This document shows, piece by piece, positions 59,453 to 64,000 of a DNA stretch of 64,000 nt (position 1 is its first letter; each line of letters starts with the position of its first letter). The notes under the pieces are model-generated. The model searched no databases. It was not told the DNA's origin and was given only the letters and a program-made list of their open reading frames with translations. The stretch comes from Botryllus schlosseri. Lineage: Eukaryota. The position numbers and the translations under genes are program-made. The stretch is from assembly GCA_051294905.1 (NCBI GenBank), contig CM119382.1, forward strand, positions 10,664,001-10,728,000, given 5' to 3'.

Positions 59453-62400
59453 TCAGAGTTCAAGGTTTCCAGTCTTTCTGGCGGGTGATGATGGGTCAGA
59501 GGTTGAACCAGCGGAGCTTGCCCCTGAACTCGTCTGTGGTTTCTTCTTCCAACAAATCTGAACCGAGTTTTTCAGGAAGCGCATGGTAGCGCGACGCATT
59601 CTCCTAAGAAAATATAGTCGCATTAGAAGTTAAGTTTGGCTCCTTATCAAGCCAGATTGCATAGGCCTACTTATAATTAATCATGACTTGGATCGGCATA
59701 ATTATGCAACTTATGAAAACAACAGTGTTTTAAAACCCCATATATGTTTAAAATGCAACCCCAGCGACGTTAATATATTATATCAGAAACGTCACATTGT
59801 ATTGCCGAACAGAATTTCCTCTTTGGCATAATCGATTGCTAGCTGAGCTGAGAACTTCAAAGTGTTTGAAACGGAGAAATACACAGATGGAAAAAACATA
59901 CAAATTACAAACACGTTTTAAGACCATACGTAGTCTATTCTTTTCTATACTTACGCGGACGCGACGTTATAAAAAATCGGATTGAGACATTCCGACAATC
60001 TCAACAATATGTACGCTATCATTCCGGCATTCCAGTCAGCTATCTTCCCTTCCAGGGTCGATGCTGTCATGTTCGTTGTGAAGAACGTGTACACTGAAAT
60101 TGTAAAAGCTCACATCAATGCAATTCGCCGGGATATTCCGTTTTTGTGATTCACCTGTTATGGGAAGGTAACCAAACATGAAGGAGCCTGTTATGAATCC
60201 CAATTGCATTATCGCGTGTTTCTCCCGAAGTCTTGTCTTTATTTCGTACTTGGAGCGCGATTTCTGGTTCTTCGGAGCTAAAAATAGTCATATCAAAACA
60301 TCTGTCGCGAAACAGATACAGGCCGATATAGCAACGTATTCGCAGTCGCACTGTTACGTCTGTTTACAATTTATCCTGCGCAAAACGGCATTTGCAACAA
60401 ATCTATTCAACACTGCATATTTAGAAATGATCAACTGTAGGAGTAGCGCACCCTACGGCTTAAAAACTGATCATATTTGAAATAATTTGGACAGCCTACT
60501 TGCAACGGTTACCCTCTACTCATCGCGTTTAAGTTTTAAGGTACTTCTCGTACTCTAACCTTTAGTCGATTTCCAGATTACGTAGACAAGAAGTAGGCCT
60601 AGTATAGTTACAGCATAGCAATTTATAGCGTAGCTACACAGTAAATTGCTATGGTTATAGGATCGGTTTTGCAATGTACCGTACACCATAAATATACGGA
60701 TTGGATATATACATCGTTTTAATCAGAGACCTTTAAACAGAATCTGGGCAAATAAAATCTTAGAAAATTGTAAAGAAACTCCAGTGCTTAGAAAGGTATT
60801 GCTCAGCCCATGTTAGCCACCGCTGAACTCTCTTGAATAGTTTTGGCCCAATTTTTCAAAGCAAAAGGCTAGTATTCACTTGAGAACGTTTCAAACCACT
60901 CATTTCCTACTTCGGTGCGATAAATATATAGTGGTGTGGTATTCCTTTGACCACTTAACGTTACTGATTTACTCTTGTTTCTACTTTAATGACATAATTT
61001 GATTATGTCAGCGTGTACGACGAGCAAGGAATAAGAAAATAAATGTCGATAATAGTCCCGCGAAGAACCGGAGATTTTCACGAAGGAGTGATTTGTGATG
61101 AACTCATTCGCTCGGGTTTGATCGAGAAAACAGTTCCCAGTTGCGAGCTGGCACAACAACCGGAAACCATCGATTCAGCAGCAGGACTGCATATTACTTT
61201 TGTCGTGGGAAATGTAAGCGATCCTAAAGTGGGGTAACGTGAGTGAGGATCTGGCTGTGGTCAAATGATATACGATTCTGCGTGATCGATATGCAGTGTG
61301 CGGTTGATAGCCTTGATGATGAAAGTTATCCTGCATCTGGGCGATTTCAGTCAGAAGTTTGTCAAGTTGTATGGATTGATTCGGTGTTTGAGTGTGGCGC
61401 CTTGCCGTCTTCTCTGTGTTTAGATTTGATAAACATGAGACATATGGGTGAAATGGCTTGCTGTGCGGACTGGCGTGACAGAATTGCTTGCTCTCGACGA
61501 GTGAATACTACTGCATACTACGATTGAATCACTCAATGCAGGGGTAAAAGGTTACTAGAGGACATGAATGGTCGAATCGCATAAGTCAGACTATACTACG
61601 GGGTTTGATACGACCAGAAACATGGTGATTGCTGCAGCGATGAAAATTCCTGCCCGGTATCAATTATAATTCGACGCGAAACGCTCTGTTATGTAGGGTC
61701 ACCATATTTTCGAATCCGGAAAGGAGAAAACTTTTCAAAACTCATAAAAGTTAGTTTTGGGGATTAATTATTTACTGTGAATCTTATTGTGTTGACTAAA
61801 AAAGGACAGCAATCACCACATGTGATTCGAATCCCAATTGACCCGCTCGAACGCCGTATTACCAATTTTCGCGTCATTTATGCCTATTTTCATTTGACCC
61901 TGTTCATTAGCCCAGCTGTAAAGAAGAGGACGTAAGGTAACCCTACTGCTATGAAGATATCGAATCCATCTGAAATCACATACATGCTTTTAATTTCAGT
62001 GTCTCTCTTCGTCGCCTGTGTTTCATAAGAATCAAGCCAATTGTAGGCGAGAGAAGAGCGATCAGTCCCATCGGTATGTAGATAAACAACGGAAATGCGA
62101 TTTTGTAGTATAACCGGTAGTGCTGTATCCTGAAAAAGTGAAACATAATGTAATGTGACAGGCGTTCGATACAGTGGAAATCCCATTCACGAACCAATCG
62201 ACGTTCAAAGTGCATGCTGGCCATTTCGCGTCGACTGAGTCGGCGTGTCTATCCCTGGCGTACGCCTCATACCACATCCAGCGCGGGATGCACGCCACGC
62301 AGAACGTAACGATCCAAATGCTCACAGTCAACACCTATATGCAGAAACGGCAGATTAATATCGACAATTCTCGAGTTATCAGCTGTGACCTTTTACCGTT

Positions 62401-62525
62401 GTGTGCTTCTTCTTTATTTTTTTGTACTTCATAGGCCATTGGATGGAGATGAGACGCGTTACAGCGAAAACAAGTATGTGTAGCGACGTAACGTAAGTAG
62501 TCCAAGTGTCAACCGCCCAAAATAG
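59453..62525 (-). CDS. Orphan class A (rhodopsin-like) GPCR, TM3 to C-terminus; TM1-2 not found in the window
   Basis: Minus-strand exons 62525-62397 (LFWAVDTWTTYVTSLHILVFAVTRLISIQWP, TM3), 62334-62195 (TM4 SIWIVTFCVACIP; ECL2 Cys), 62129-61984 (TM5 FPLFIYIPMGLI), 60277-60155 (TM6 REKHAIMQLGFITGSFMFGYLP), 60093-59955 (TM7 SECLNPIFY) and 59603-59453 (helix 8, tail, TGA). Phases are compatible and three introns are 61-65 nt. The ICL3 exon structure is uncertain. Confidence 0.85.
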
Positions 62526-63009
62526 CTGATTAAAATATTACGCAATTACAGTCTTGTACGTAGGACTTCCCAGGGCATTGTGTCGCCAGGGCGTCAACTT
62601 TCACATTGTGCCCTCCATCGTGCATTGCCGATATCTAGTCTCCAACCCTTATCACAATTGGATAATATGTACAAATCAGAGATTCGATTGGTTCATCGCT
62701 GTAAGATTGTTCTTTTGGTAATAACGGGGCCATATAGGGTACAATTTATCACGAAATATCCAATACCGATGACGTATCAGAGCAGGATTTAGGAATTACT
62801 TCAAATGTTATGGTCCTGCACGTGCACCGTATAATAACATCTGTCTCACACTGCAGAAACTGATTATTAAGTCGTGTAAAAATCCATTATCCCAAAACAC
62901 AATCTTTAGATTCTCTAGTAAGATGAAAATTGCTATAGGACAGGTTACTATATTTTTGGCAGTGAACAAATATGAGCCATCAACCATGATTATTTACTCA
63001 GCGGCTGGT

Positions 63010-63290
63010 ATGAATACTAGCCAGTCTTCAGGATTACCGGACCACGACCTAACATCGACCTCGCCCTCCGCCACATGCCACCCCATTTTGTCGCTTGCAT
63101 CTTATATTCTCTGCATTACTTTTCATTCAGTGTGCATGCCTCTTATTTACTTCGCCTAGGCTAAGGTGGGTGTCTGATCTTAATGGCTACTCCAAGTTGT
63201 TTCGACACCTTCCTATCTTTTCATTGTATCGCAGTCTTGTGATGTTTTGAAACGATGAAAATATTAATAAACCTGACTGACTGACTGAAT
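63010..63290 (+). mobile_element. SINE-like repeat, family A, copy 4 (5'-truncated)
   Basis: TGAATACTAGCCA...GGATTACCGGACCACGACCTAACATCGACCTCGCCCTCCGCCACATG...AATAAACC(TGAC)n. Confidence 0.8.
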
Positions 63291-64000
63291 ATCCCAAACA
63301 TAATGAATATAAAGCAAAACTGGTGCTTATATTGGATCTAAACAACACACCCTTTTCTGGATGAACGTCTGTAATTCCGACACAAACTACACAATGTAGT
63401 TAGCGAAATTCGTGGTGAACTTCCGCTAAGTTATGAAATATGTCGGCTTATATAAATTCAAGGCACTATACAGCAATTGATACCCACATCTACAACCTAT
63501 ATATTGCTTATCCATATGGTGGAAATCACGTGAATCGCAGGTTAAATCGGAAAGCACTACATCCTGTCGCATTATTAATCTATTAGCCGACTGGCATTGC
63601 GCCTAGTTTACCATTGCCTTTTCCGGATCATTATCGGGGCTCCCTGTATACCCAACCCAAGGTTCAAGTTGGCCCAAAGCAAGTGCCAAGCATTTTAATA
63701 AGCAGCCGACAATGTGAATGTAACTTAGGTTGGGAAAGAGTTGCAGCTTAAATTCTGACGAAATTGCCTAGTTCTCTTGTTCAATGGTCTCAAAATTAAA
63801 AAAAAACTGCAATGACGCTATGACAAACGTCTTGCATAATATCCACAAATCCATGATACAACTGAGTAATGTATCTAGTAATGCATCTGAGCAGTTGATA
63901 AAATTGTGCAAATAAATGCGATGCGCCTGTATAGGTCTGAGGTTGCACCCTCCACTTCTAAACCTATCAAGTAAGTCAGCTGATGATATTTCCAGTTAGC

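Overview
Eukaryotic, intron-rich genomic DNA from a compact invertebrate-chordate genome, most likely an ascidian (inferred from chordate-like proteins, many 57-69 nt introns and operon-like spacing). No prokaryotic features are present. Six + strand genes were assembled by hand from GT-AG exons with consistent reading phase: the 3' part of CNOT1 (24 exons), intronless TANGO6, BRIX1 (7 exons), intronless RABEPK, a p120/delta-catenin-subfamily gene (18 core coding exons, ending in DSWV) and NVL (12 exons). The 3' part (TM3-TM7) of an orphan class A GPCR lies on the - strand. Introns and intergenic DNA carry many non-autonomous hAT-type elements with 8-bp target-site duplications, plus a SINE-like repeat family. 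The best leads are a candidate 18-nt microexon at the position of vertebrate p120 exon C, a candidate 411-nt alternative exon in the same gene, a probable trans-spliced TANGO6-BRIX1 operon, and a GPCR with TRL in place of DRY and an Asp at 3.32. I found no clearly new biological system. All calls are by eye, without database searches.
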